Program-made: the position numbers and the translations under genes
Shown here: in pieces, positions 1 to 8,371 of the stretch
Position numbering within the stretch: position 1 is the stretch's first letter
How the letters are laid out: each line of letters begins with the position of its first letter
Notes under the pieces: generated by a model
Databases searched by the model: none
What the model was told of the DNA's origin: nothing
Seen by the model: the letters and a program-made list of their open reading frames with translations, nothing else
Source: a virus
Taxonomy: Duplodnaviria; Caudoviricetes
Reading direction: 5' to 3' (one strand)
DNA length: 31,135 nucleotides
IMG/VR virus record: IMGVR_UViG_3300020044_001237
Coordinates: 1-31,135 of that record

Positions 1-1932
1 TTCCAACTGGAATTTAAGCTGGTTCTCTTGTGCTTGGTATTCTTGTTTAGCTTTCTCAAGTTCCATCTGCATCTGCATCTTCTGTTGCTCAAGTTGCATA
101 TTTTGTTGGGCTTGTGCTTGTGTGGCTTGCATCTTGGCTTGCTCTAACTGCATCTGCATCTGCATTTTTTGTTGTTCAGGGCTAGGTGGTTTAGGCTGAC
201 CTTCTTGTGCTTTAGCCTGCTCACGGAACTTGTCAGCAGTTTCGTCAATGATTCCTTCAAGACCTTTGCCGCACTTAAACGCAGTAACAGCAAATTTAAG
301 CATTTCCATCAGCATCGGTGTGGCTTCGGGTACGGCAGTAGCCATCGGTACGGCTTGCTGAAAGAATTGGCCCATAGCGGATAAAAACTCCATTCTATCC
401 TGCTTTTCCTGCATTTCGTCTTGGAATATCATCGAATCGCTAGTGACTTCTACGCGGAAGTTTTTAGCGGCTTCGTTACGCAATAGCTGTAAAGCTTGTG
501 GGATTAGCTGTTGGTCATTCTGACTTAACTGCATCGCGCCCGAAATCTTGACAATCGTATCGTCTGTAAAATGATTGCAAATGATTTGGGCTTTGATAGA
601 CAGCAGTTCGGTAGCAAAGTCTACGACTGCGTGTTGCATAGTCTTTAAGCGACCAGCCGCGTTGTTAGACTTAATAATCTGTGCGCCAAGGGTTTCATTA
701 GGGTCAGTTTGACCTCTTTGAATATCAGCAATACCCATAATCTCGTAGATTTGACCCTTGACCTGATCCATAGCCTGATAAGCCATCTGCAATGCGGCCG
801 CAATAGGTTGGATGTCTACTAGATTGATAGCACCCTGCATACCCTGTTTTTCAGCAAATGCGCCCCAGTTCTTGACTGGAATCAATGTATTATTTTCGCC
901 TTCGGAGAACAGACGGGCAAGACTTGGTTCAGAAGCGTCATAGACACCCCGAACTTTCAATGCTTGTATAAACCCGTCTATACGGTCAGCCAATGTGTCT
1001 AGCTGTCTAGCTTGGTCTTGGTACAGAACATAGTCAGGGACAGGGATTAAGCTGTCGCTTGTGAGTGTTGAGTACATCGGCTTTGGGCATGGCCAAAAGT
1101 TTTCAAGCTTTAATGGGTCAGCACGGGTGTCAAGGATTTTGCCCATTGACTTGGATAGCCAAATAACTTCACCGCTAGTCTTGTCCCAAATCTCATAGAT
1201 AACAGCTTCGGATGCGCCTTCGCCCATCTTTTCGTTAAATGATTTGGATGTGTCGGGCTTGGTGTCAAGTGGAATCTTGCCGCCTAAATCTTCACCAAAA
1301 CGCTCAACAAGAGCAGGGCGGGTCATGTAGACTTTACGCCATACTGCGGTTACTTCTTCCCATGTACGGGCAATAGTATGACCGAAATCACGCCAGTAAA
1401 CATAGTCGACTGGGCAACATTCGTACTCAATTCGCTCTTGATCTTCGCGATGGATGCCGCCTTCTGTTTCAGCTTCATCAATATCTTCTGTTACTTGGAA
1501 TCCATCTTCGGGCGCGCCTTCAGCTTCACCACCAGCTTGACCAACAATGTGCGGCTCGTAGCGTACCCAACTTGTGCCGCGACCACCAAGCAAACGGTCT
1601 GTAACCGATTGATTCATAGACGATTTGTAGTCACCGTAGTGGGTGATTTCGTAGTCCAATGCTCGCTCTAGCATCATCGATGCAACACGGGCTACTGGAT
1701 CGTTATCACGAAACTTACGGCTTACATCAGGGCGCGGTAGACGGGCAAAGATGGCTGGGGTAATGGTTTGGACATTGCTCCACAGGATATTAAACTTGGC
1801 ATTAGGATTGTTTCTAGTGCGATTATCGTCACGATACCGCTTAACAATCTTGTCTGCTCGACCTTCCCACTCCTTATAAGTGCGCTCGTAGCCTGCAATA
1901 GTGTTGTACCACTCTTGGTATTCGTGATTCAT
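1..1932 (-). CDS. Portal protein (partial; C-terminus runs off the window start; not in the ORF track)
   Basis: Starts at ATG 1932 after SD AAGGA and reads MNHEYQEWYNTIAGYERTYKEWEGRADKIVKRYRDD...FNILWSNVQTITPAIFARLPRPDVSRKF. The same frame reads as a Q/M-rich coiled coil at position 1 (the middle was not translated codon by codon). Lies just downstream of TerL, as podophage portals do. Confidence 0.85.
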   Translation of the reverse strand, partial: MNHEYQEWYNTIAGYERTYKEWEGRADKIVKRYRDDNRTRNNPNAKFNILWSNVQTITPAIFARLPRPDVSRKFRDNDPVARVASMMLERALDYEITHYGDYKSSMNQSVTDRLLGGRGTSWVRYEPHIVGQAGGEAEGAPEDGFQVTEDIDEAETEGGIHREDQERIEYECCPVDYVYWRDFGHTIARTWEEVTAVWRKVYMTRPALVERFGEDLGGKIPLDTKPDTSKSFNEKMGEGASEAVIYEIWDKTSGEVIWLSKSMGKILDTRADPLKLENFWPCPKPMYSTLTSDSLIPVPDYVLYQDQARQLDTLADRIDGFIQALKVRGVYDASEPSLARLFSEGENNTLIPVKNWGAFAEKQGMQGAINLVDIQPIAAALQMAYQAMDQVKGQIYEIMGIADIQRGQTDPNETLGAQIIKSNNAAGRLKTMQHAVVDFATELLSIKAQIICNHFTDDTIVKISGAMQLSQNDQQLIPQALQLLRNEAAKNFRVEVTSDSMIFQDEMQEKQDRMEFLSAMGQFFQQAVPMATAVPEATPMLMEMLKFAVTAFKCGKGLEGIIDETADKFREQAKAQEGQPKPPSPEQQKMQMQMQLEQAKMQATQAQAQQNMQLEQQKMQMQMELEKAKQEYQAQENQLKFQLE

Positions 1933-1940
1933 ATAAATCC

Positions 1941-2243
1941 TTAAGTAAAGTTACCCATAGACAAAACTTCCACGCCAGCACCAGTTGTTAGTTTCCAGCC
2001 TGTCGTTTGGGATATAGCATTAATTTCAAGGGAATAAACACCGATAGGGGTGTTTGCCCTGACTATAGTGTGAGCAAAAGCACCGTCTGTAAGGACTACT
2101 GTGCTAGTTGCCGCAGTATTTACGGTAACAACCATGCGGTGTAGATAATCACCTACCGCACCTGTTGTGCCTAGTATTTGTAATGTTTGTGAGTTTGCTG
2201 TGTGTTCGTAGGGTAATGCGTATGTTGCGGCCGCTGTTGTCAT
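1941..2243 (-). CDS. Hypothetical beta-rich protein between TerL and portal (100 aa)
   Basis: SD AGGAG; start overlaps the TerL stop; Thr/Val-rich. Confidence 0.7.
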   Translation of the reverse strand: MTTAAATYALPYEHTANSQTLQILGTTGAVGDYLHRMVVTVNTAATSTVVLTDGAFAHTIVRANTPIGVYSLEINAISQTTGWKLTTGAGVEVLSMGNFT

Positions 2244-3592
2244 TAAATTCTCCTGTTAACTGTTTTTGGGGTCATCTTCCACATTTCGTCAAGCGTTACA
2301 TCCGTTTGGCCGACATGAAGTCCTTTAACGCGATCATCTTTGAGGATAGGGCTGTCCTCATCTTTCCATACAATTGAGAGATACCGCATCGCATCGCTAG
2401 AGTGTGATGTCCAATCATGCTTTGGGCGATCCCTAAATACTTTTTTATCATCATCCCATTCTCGTTGATACTGACGCAAACATTCGATAAGTTCTTCACA
2501 TCTATTATCGAACCAAGCGCGAGTTAATGCAAGTCGTGTTGCCTGTATTCCATCCTGAAGTGACAGGTTTGGAACGATTTTTAGGTGTTTTATGTCGATT
2601 TTTGTCGAAATTTGTTCGATTATGCTCTTACCGCCACTAGCTAGTGTTTTTGCTCTAGCGTCATGGGGCAGGTAATGATAGCCATATTTGTACCCAAATT
2701 CATCTTCTTTTTGGGCCAACAAACCTGTGTAAAAAGGTATCGCCTGACCGTTAGACATATGGTGGTCGAGTACCCGTATCTCACCGTAAACCACCTGAAA
2801 CCAAATAATCGATGTACTGTCGTTGAACCCCAAGTCCCAAGCTGTATGGCAGGGGAACATAGGGTCATAGTCAACGGTAGTGATACGCTCAAGGTCTGTA
2901 AGCCTACGCATTTCTTGACCGTAATACGCGCCCAAGATAGCCGCTTCAAATGAACATAAAAACTCTTGCTCGTACTGGTTGTCAGACATAGACTGCCTTG
3001 CATCAGCCAATTCAGTATCAGGCAATAGTCCTGATTCATCAGCCCGCAAAGTCTTTACATACCAATTAGGGTTTTTTTGACCCTCGTTATAGATGTCATA
3101 AAAGGCATTATGGCCCTTTGGTGTACCGATAAAGGTAGCCCATCCCTGTCTATCAGCCAATAGTGGCCTTACAATCTCACCCCACATACGGGGTTTCATG
3201 TCTGCGTACTCGTCTAATACCACGCCATCAAGATAAAGGCCACGCAAAGCGTCAGGGTTATCAGCACCAAACAGTCTAATTTTTGCTCCGTTGACAAGTT
3301 CTACCCACAATTCTGATTGATTAGCCTTAACAATGGCTGGTTCTGCATATTTTAAAAGATAATCCCACGCGATATTCTTGGCTTGTGCGTAATATGGTGC
3401 AATATAAGCGTATCTGCCATCAGGTTTGTTTTCGTGTATTGCCCTACGAATAGCGTCTGCAATTGTAGCCACCGTTTTCCCTGCGCGCCTGTGACAGACC
3501 AGTACAGCCCAGCGTTCCTTGCGTTTATGGAAATCAAGGAAAGCTTCTCTAGCCTTGTAAGGGTACTCGTACTTCTTAACTAATTCTTTCAA
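2243..3592 (-). CDS. terL: Terminase large subunit
   Basis: Walker A HRRAGKT, Walker B VVLDE, coupling motif GTPKG, nuclease motifs WDLGFND and HSSDAMRY. Confidence 0.97.
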   Translation of the reverse strand: MKELVKKYEYPYKAREAFLDFHKRKERWAVLVCHRRAGKTVATIADAIRRAIHENKPDGRYAYIAPYYAQAKNIAWDYLLKYAEPAIVKANQSELWVELVNGAKIRLFGADNPDALRGLYLDGVVLDEYADMKPRMWGEIVRPLLADRQGWATFIGTPKGHNAFYDIYNEGQKNPNWYVKTLRADESGLLPDTELADARQSMSDNQYEQEFLCSFEAAILGAYYGQEMRRLTDLERITTVDYDPMFPCHTAWDLGFNDSTSIIWFQVVYGEIRVLDHHMSNGQAIPFYTGLLAQKEDEFGYKYGYHYLPHDARAKTLASGGKSIIEQISTKIDIKHLKIVPNLSLQDGIQATRLALTRAWFDNRCEELIECLRQYQREWDDDKKVFRDRPKHDWTSHSSDAMRYLSIVWKDEDSPILKDDRVKGLHVGQTDVTLDEMWKMTPKTVNRRI

Positions 3593-3879
3593 TCTAGGAA
3601 CTTATGTTCGTGAATTACTTTGACTGGCTCATCCTGTGGGCTAGTGTGTTCTGTCCTAGCAAGCTTTGGTACATGGTACTCGGCTACCTGCATAAAGCAA
3701 TCAAACGCTACCTTTGGCCCAAGTTTCTCGTTCATAGCGATCTCGTCAAGCCATTCCTGTAGTTTGTCAGCGTTACCATCCACGAACTTGGCAATCGCTT
3801 CTCTAGCGAGTGCTGTGGACTTATTAGGGCTACCTTTAGGTCTACCCTTTGGATTATTTGTCTGTTGTTTATTGCTCAT
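3589..3879 (-). CDS. terS: Putative terminase small subunit
   Basis: Overlaps the TerL start (ATGA); N-terminal GRPKGSPNK motif; 96 aa, helical. Confidence 0.7.
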   Translation of the reverse strand: MSNKQQTNNPKGRPKGSPNKSTALAREAIAKFVDGNADKLQEWLDEIAMNEKLGPKVAFDCFMQVAEYHVPKLARTEHTSPQDEPVKVIHEHKFLD

Positions 3880-3894
3880 ATCTTTCTCAAGTAA

Positions 3895-3924
3895 TTGTTA
3901 AGATAAGTTAATATTTGATATAAT
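3895..3924 (+). promoter_or_regulatory. Sigma70-like promoter for the antisense 52-aa ORF, with an operator-like site
   Basis: TTGTTA (3895-3900), extended -10 TGaTATAAT (3916-3924), and TTAAGATAAGTTAA at 3898-3911. Confidence 0.6.
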
Positions 3925-3949
3925 TGTAATACAAAACAAGGAGTTTGTG

Positions 3950-4108
3950 ATGCCTAACATTAAATTAAGCCGCAATGACAACGGTTCTATGGACTGTGAA
4001 TTAAGCAACGATGCTATTGATTTAGATAACGATAGCTATGTAGCTTTACTACAAGATGCAATCCATATGCTTCAGTCTGAATTGCTTACGGCAGAATTAC
4101 AAGCCTGA
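3950..4108 (+). CDS. Small acidic protein (52 aa; not in the ORF track)
   Basis: SD AAGGAG at 3938-3943; MPNIKLSRNDNGSMDCELSNDAIDLDNDSYVALLQDAIHMLQSELLTAELQA; convergent with 4097..5413, 12-bp overlap. Confidence 0.7.
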   Translation: MPNIKLSRNDNGSMDCELSNDAIDLDNDSYVALLQDAIHMLQSELLTAELQA

Positions 4109-5413
4109 TTTACCCATCTGTTCTAGGTACTTGTAGTAGTTGTCTATTACCTGCTGGTCTATAAGTTCTGACACGCCTTTTGATTTCTTTTCTAGGCCGC
4201 CAATAGCCATGTTTCGCAAATCGCCTTGTTTGTTTGCGTAAGCTTGTTTAAATTGTGGGAATAGTTTAGGGAACAATACCTCTACTGGGACATTGTTTCC
4301 TAGCGTACCCATGTATTGACCAGTAAAGTCTGTAGAGTATGTAGGATTTTGGCTTGGGCGCAGGTGCATACCTTCAGGGCCTACTTTAATTAAAGTGTTA
4401 CCAACATAGCCTTTAGGTACACCTTCAAGCGCAGGATCACGCAATGCCGCGGCCAAATCTTCAGCATTAAAGCCTAAATACTCTTGCCTATTTTTTAGGC
4501 CAGCAGTCTTGTCTATAAATGTTTTACGCAACTCACCAGCGGTACTTCCCACACCTTCGCCTGAATATAGTTGCATTACCCCTTCTTCGGTATCTATTCC
4601 AGCAAAGTTTTTAAAGGGTTGTGTTCCTTTTTTAGGAACTTTGTACGCCCTGATACTATCGTTAACTTCATTAATAAACTTTTTGCTTGGCTCTCTAGCT
4701 TCTATGATTCCAAGCATAGCTTGCGTAGGCATAACACTAAAGTTTTCACCGCCCGCGCCCATACTTACTGGCAAATGAATAATGTCACCAGTACCGCCTG
4801 CGGCTAAATTTTCTGTTCTTGCCTGTGCATCGCGTTTTTGTATTCTTTTAGCTATACCTAAATTGGATGCGCCAGCTACACCTTGCTTCATATGGGCCAA
4901 ATCTCTTGCATAATCGTGGCCGCCATGGGTAATGATGTTAGATGGCAATGCTTCGCCCGATATAGATTTAACAGCATAATTACGGCTGGTAGAATCCCAC
5001 GGCATAATCATTGCGCTAGAGCCTTTGTAATCTTCTATTTTTACTGGTGTTTTTTCAGCCAATCCACCCAAAAATTCTCTTTCAAACCTAGTGCCAACTT
5101 CAGGATTAGGCATCTTTGGCGTAGATTTAAGGTACGAACCCATAAAGTTAGGCATATAGTTTGCAAAGTCTTTGGCCGCCTGTGGGTCGTAATTAGGATT
5201 TATTCCGTTTGATCTAGGGTCAAAGTTGTATGGCATGGAGTTTTGCACCATGTTATTCATACTTATTGCGTTTTGTGCTGTTGTTGCTGGTAGCTGTGCA
5301 AAGTAGTCACCTGCCATTGTTGACAGGTTTGGCTGTGTTGGCGCAGGGGCTTGTAACTGGCCGCCTTGTGCGTACCCAGTTTGCCGTAGTGCGTCAGCAA
5401 GCGTTAAAGCCAT
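4097..5413 (-). CDS. 438-aa protein with an ejection-protein-like low-complexity N-terminus and a globular C-terminal domain of unknown function
   Basis: N-terminus MALTLADALRQ with about 95 Q/A/M/P-rich residues, then a globular region (MPWDSTSRN, THGGHDY). Confidence 0.75.
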   Translation of the reverse strand: MALTLADALRQTGYAQGGQLQAPAPTQPNLSTMAGDYFAQLPATTAQNAISMNNMVQNSMPYNFDPRSNGINPNYDPQAAKDFANYMPNFMGSYLKSTPKMPNPEVGTRFEREFLGGLAEKTPVKIEDYKGSSAMIMPWDSTSRNYAVKSISGEALPSNIITHGGHDYARDLAHMKQGVAGASNLGIAKRIQKRDAQARTENLAAGGTGDIIHLPVSMGAGGENFSVMPTQAMLGIIEAREPSKKFINEVNDSIRAYKVPKKGTQPFKNFAGIDTEEGVMQLYSGEGVGSTAGELRKTFIDKTAGLKNRQEYLGFNAEDLAAALRDPALEGVPKGYVGNTLIKVGPEGMHLRPSQNPTYSTDFTGQYMGTLGNNVPVEVLFPKLFPQFKQAYANKQGDLRNMAIGGLEKKSKGVSELIDQQVIDNYYKYLEQMGKSGL

Positions 5414-5563
5414 TTACTTAACTTCTTTATCCAAGTCTTTAAGCTTGTTGGCAATCATCTTCCTGCGCGCAATGCGGTCAGCTTGGTTCTTTTCAAGGGT
5501 AGATTGCTTATGCTCACGCAACATAGCATCTTCTTTTTTGTACTTGCGATCCATGTGCTTCAT
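5414..5563 (-). CDS. Small basic hypothetical protein (49 aa; not in the ORF track)
   Basis: MKHMDRKYKKEDAMLREHKQSTLEKNQADRIARRKMIANKLKDLDKEVK; ATGA overlap upstream, stop abuts the next ATG. Confidence 0.65.
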   Translation of the reverse strand: MKHMDRKYKKEDAMLREHKQSTLEKNQADRIARRKMIANKLKDLDKEVK

Positions 5564-5745
5564 GCTTTTTCCTCAATGTATTTGCCGTAAGCTTCTTCTA
5601 ACTTGGCTTTTCTTGCGCCTTTGGCGTTTTCACGCTCAACATTTAAGGCAATAGCAGTAGCTTGGGCGGTACTTTTACCTGCCTTTTTCTCTGCCTTAAT
5701 GTTTTTGCCGACAGATTCGGCTGATCCTGATTTGTCGAGTGGCAT
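5560..5745 (-). CDS. Small basic phage protein (MPL...K...QA.AIAL type)
   Basis: Motif MPLDKSGS...NIKAE.KAGK...QA.AIAL is common near packaging genes. Confidence 0.7.
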   Translation of the reverse strand: MPLDKSGSAESVGKNIKAEKKAGKSTAQATAIALNVERENAKGARKAKLEEAYGKYIEEKA

Positions 5746-5746
5746 A

Positions 5747-6106
5747 TTAAGCCTTAAATTTAAGTAGGTAGATGGTGGTATCGATCTCTTGCGCGATGTT
5801 ATCGATCAATTGAACAATCTCGGAATCTTGTGGCAAGTCACCCCTAGCGTCTTTTACAAATGCTTGTAGTGATTGTAAATATGCCAAAGGTTCTTTTGGC
5901 TGGTGGTATGTGCTAGGAAAATCAGTAATTTGACCGTAAATGCCAAAAAAGGTTTCCGCCAAATCGTCTGTGAGCGATATGATGCGCTCATAAAAGCCGC
6001 CTAAAGCCTTGTGTTTAGCGTAGGACTTTGTAGACCAATGGAAAAAGTGGGTATTAGTCCCCGAATGTAGCAATGTTGCTAGGAATAAAGCCATCGATTT
6101 TTCCAT
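5747..6106 (-). CDS. Ferritin/Dps-like four-helix protein (DUF5856-like)
   Basis: HW.T.SYA.HKAL..FY...DDLAE resembles the Dps metal-site helices; SD AGGAG. Confidence 0.7.
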   Translation of the reverse strand: MEKSMALFLATLLHSGTNTHFFHWSTKSYAKHKALGGFYERIISLTDDLAETFFGIYGQITDFPSTYHQPKEPLAYLQSLQAFVKDARGDLPQDSEIVQLIDNIAQEIDTTIYLLKFKA

Positions 6107-6128
6107 AAAACGCTCCTTTTGCGCTATT

Positions 6129-6413
6129 TTATAACACTTTCTGTATTATTCCTAACGCTCTGATGGCGGCATCCACACTATCCACACGACTTACTGCGCC
6201 ACCCTTCCACTTGCCTAAAAACTCTAACTGGTCGGGCGTAAACTTTGATTTGCTATCTCTTTTTATTTCCATGAGCAAGGTTTCGCCTGCATATCCCACC
6301 AATAAATCAGGACATCCGTGCTTCATTGATGCTAAAGAAACAACAGTTGCGCCTGCATCACGCAATGCTTTGACTATTTCTTTGTGATTAGTATCAATTC
6401 GTGCGTATGTCAT
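6129..6413 (-). CDS. VRR-NUC-like PD-(D/E)xK nuclease (resolvase-like)
   Basis: GCPDLLVG...MEIK...TPDQ motif pattern. Confidence 0.8.
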   Translation of the reverse strand: MTYARIDTNHKEIVKALRDAGATVVSLASMKHGCPDLLVGYAGETLLMEIKRDSKSKFTPDQLEFLGKWKGGAVSRVDSVDAAIRALGIIQKVL

Positions 6414-6470
6414 TGATTTTCCATTAAAATAGATTAGTATGAGCTAACTTTACCATTATAAAGGTTATAT

Positions 6471-7430
6471 ATGGGCGGCTATTATCTGACGGATGAGCAA
6501 TTTATAGAAGAATGGAAAAAGATAGGGTCACCTTTAACATTTGCCAAAATCCACGCAATGTCCGAAAGAGCAGTATATAACCGTAGACGCTCCATAGAAA
6601 CAAGATTAAAACTAAACCTTCCTAGCTTTAATGACAAAAGATTAAACGATTACAAAAAGACAGAACAGACTGTCGGCAATACCCGCAGGGGCATGGATTT
6701 AGAAAAAGGTCGGATTATTGTATTTTCTGATGCCCATTTTTGGCCTGACCAAACCACTACAGCGTTCAAAGCGTTGTTAGAAATGATTAAAGAGTTTAAG
6801 CCTACCGCCATCGTGTGCAACGGTGACGCGCTAGACGGGGCATCAATTAGCAGGTTTCCAAGGCAGGATTGGGATGCGCTACCCACGGTCAAACAAGAAC
6901 TTGAAGCTTGCCAGTACTTTTTGGGTGAGATTGAAGCTGTAGCTAAAGGGGCAAAGTTGTATTGGCCGCTAGGTAATCACGATGCTAGGCTTGAAATGCG
7001 GATCATAGAGAACCTTCCAGCCTTTGAAGGGGTGAGGGGTACAACTCTTAAAGAATACTTCCCTGCGTGGCTTCCTTGCTGGTCATTTTGGGTCAATGAA
7101 GATACCTGCATCAAGCATCGATGGAAAGGCGGTTTTAGCGCAGGTCGCGCCAATTCCTTGAATAGCGGTGTTTCCATGATTACAGGGCATACGCACCATT
7201 TGTCGGTTATGCCCGTAGGAGATTTTAATGGAACGCGCTGGGGGGTTCAGACAGGAACATTAGCAGACATCAATGGTCAGCAATTTGCATACACGGAAGA
7301 TACCCCAAAAGATTGGAATAGTGGTTTTGTCATGCTTTCTTTTGAACGCGGTAGGCTTTTACAGCCCGAAATGATTAGGGTTTGGGGCGAGGATGAAGTT
7401 GAATTTCGCGGTAAGATACACGGTGTATGA
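6471..7430 (+). CDS. Calcineurin-like metallophosphoesterase with an N-terminal HTH-like extension
   Basis: All five motifs present: SDAH, NGDALD, GNHD, KH, GHTH. Confidence 0.88.
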   Translation: MGGYYLTDEQFIEEWKKIGSPLTFAKIHAMSERAVYNRRRSIETRLKLNLPSFNDKRLNDYKKTEQTVGNTRRGMDLEKGRIIVFSDAHFWPDQTTTAFKALLEMIKEFKPTAIVCNGDALDGASISRFPRQDWDALPTVKQELEACQYFLGEIEAVAKGAKLYWPLGNHDARLEMRIIENLPAFEGVRGTTLKEYFPAWLPCWSFWVNEDTCIKHRWKGGFSAGRANSLNSGVSMITGHTHHLSVMPVGDFNGTRWGVQTGTLADINGQQFAYTEDTPKDWNSGFVMLSFERGRLLQPEMIRVWGEDEVEFRGKIHGV

Positions 7431-7774
7431 AGATCACACCCAAAATCCTTGAAGGCATTTACTTGACATTGGCTAAATGCGAACCATTCTTAAAATGGGA
7501 TTTACCACCCAGCGAGTTATGTCGTTTCTTTATTGTGGATGACCACCAAATAATGGCTACCTACGAATACGATGAATCCCTAGCCAAACCGCATATCTTC
7601 TGTATATCCAAAGCTAGGTGCGGTCACTACGATACCGTCGCTAGGTCAATGGCCCACGAAATGATCCATTGTTCCCGTCATAAGACAGGTAAATGGACAT
7701 TGCACGATGCTACATTTAAGCGTAGAAAAATGCTTGTGGGCCAAGAACTAGGTTTTGACGGACACGAACTTTAA
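7427..7774 (+). CDS. SprT-like HExxH zinc metallopeptidase
   Basis: AHEMIH...HDATF; coupled to the phosphoesterase by ATGA. Confidence 0.7.
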   Translation: MKITPKILEGIYLTLAKCEPFLKWDLPPSELCRFFIVDDHQIMATYEYDESLAKPHIFCISKARCGHYDTVARSMAHEMIHCSRHKTGKWTLHDATFKRRKMLVGQELGFDGHEL

Positions 7775-7885
7775 TTACTTGCTAAAGTTTTTTAAAGACT
7801 TTAAAAAGCAATCAATCCAAAAGTCATAAACTTGCATGGCTTGTTCGGATAATTTTTCAAACTTCTTTAACTGATCTTCGTACAT
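7775..7885 (-). CDS. 36-aa amphipathic mini-protein (not in the ORF track)
   Basis: SD AGGAG 6 nt upstream; MYEDQLKKFEKLSEQAMQVYDFWIDCFLKSLKNFSK; has its own promoter. Confidence 0.7.
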   Translation of the reverse strand: MYEDQLKKFEKLSEQAMQVYDFWIDCFLKSLKNFSK

Positions 7886-7902
7886 AGCAATCTCCTATTA
7901 AA

Positions 7903-7926
7903 TGTTGCAATGCAATAATTGTATCA
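7903..7926 (-). promoter_or_regulatory. Extended -10 promoter with a TGC-N3-GCA palindromic operator over the predicted +1
   Basis: Minus strand TGaTACAAT immediately followed by TATTGCATTGCAACA. Confidence 0.6.
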
Positions 7927-7962
7927 GATATTACACATTTTTTGGTATACCGCTGGTATGTA

Positions 7963-8106
7963 TCATTTAGCCATGATGTAAAGACCGACATTACTAAATG
8001 CGTAGCCTGTATATACAACTGCCATAGGCAGGTTACCTTTTACACCCTGCTCTATGCCAATATACAAGTAGATAAGGCCCGTAACAATGATTAGCCAGCT
8101 ACTCAC
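7963..8106 (-). CDS. Small two-TM membrane protein (47 aa, GTG start; not in the ORF track)
   Basis: MSSWLIIVTGLIYLYIGIEQGVKGNLPMAVVYTGYAFSNVGLYIMAK; overlaps the stop of the Ref-like gene. Confidence 0.65.
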   Translation of the reverse strand: MSSWLIIVTGLIYLYIGIEQGVKGNLPMAVVYTGYAFSNVGLYIMAK

Positions 8107-8371
8107 CTATAAGCCTTTTCGTCTGCTCAAAGAGTTCTTCTTCCGTGATTTGGTATTCCAACTCGAACCGCTTACGACCCATTCCGTGTATTGAGGTATT
8201 TGATCCGCGATGGTGATAGGTGCAAAGCGGAATAATTGGACTGCGGCTTCGTATGCCACTTCGTCTAATGTGATGAAGTTCCGCTGGCGTTCCTTCGTTG
8301 CCTTGATGCCTACATAATGAGCATCCCAGTTCAGCAATTTTTCGGTTGCGTTCTTTTTCATTTTTTGTCAT
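8099..8371 (-). CDS. Ref-family (recombination enhancement) HNH-like zinc nuclease
   Basis: GCSLC...ELHHIR...IPLCTYHHRG...IH. Confidence 0.8.
   Translation of the reverse strand: MTKNEKERNRKIAELGCSLCRHQGNEGTPAELHHIRRSGIRSRSPIIPLCTYHHRGSNTSIHGMGRKRFELEYQITEEELFEQTKRLIGE

Noticed and set aside
64-165. Repeated CATCTGCATCTGCAT units
   Set aside because: They encode MQMQM in the portal coiled coil; not a DNA repeat element or CRISPR
169-1671. Plus-strand ORFs 169..384 and 1378..1671
   Set aside because: Antisense shadows of the portal gene
2165-5654. Many short alternative-frame or antisense ORFs over TerL, TerS, the 438-aa gene and the small basic genes
   Set aside because: Nested in well-supported genes, with no recognisable motifs
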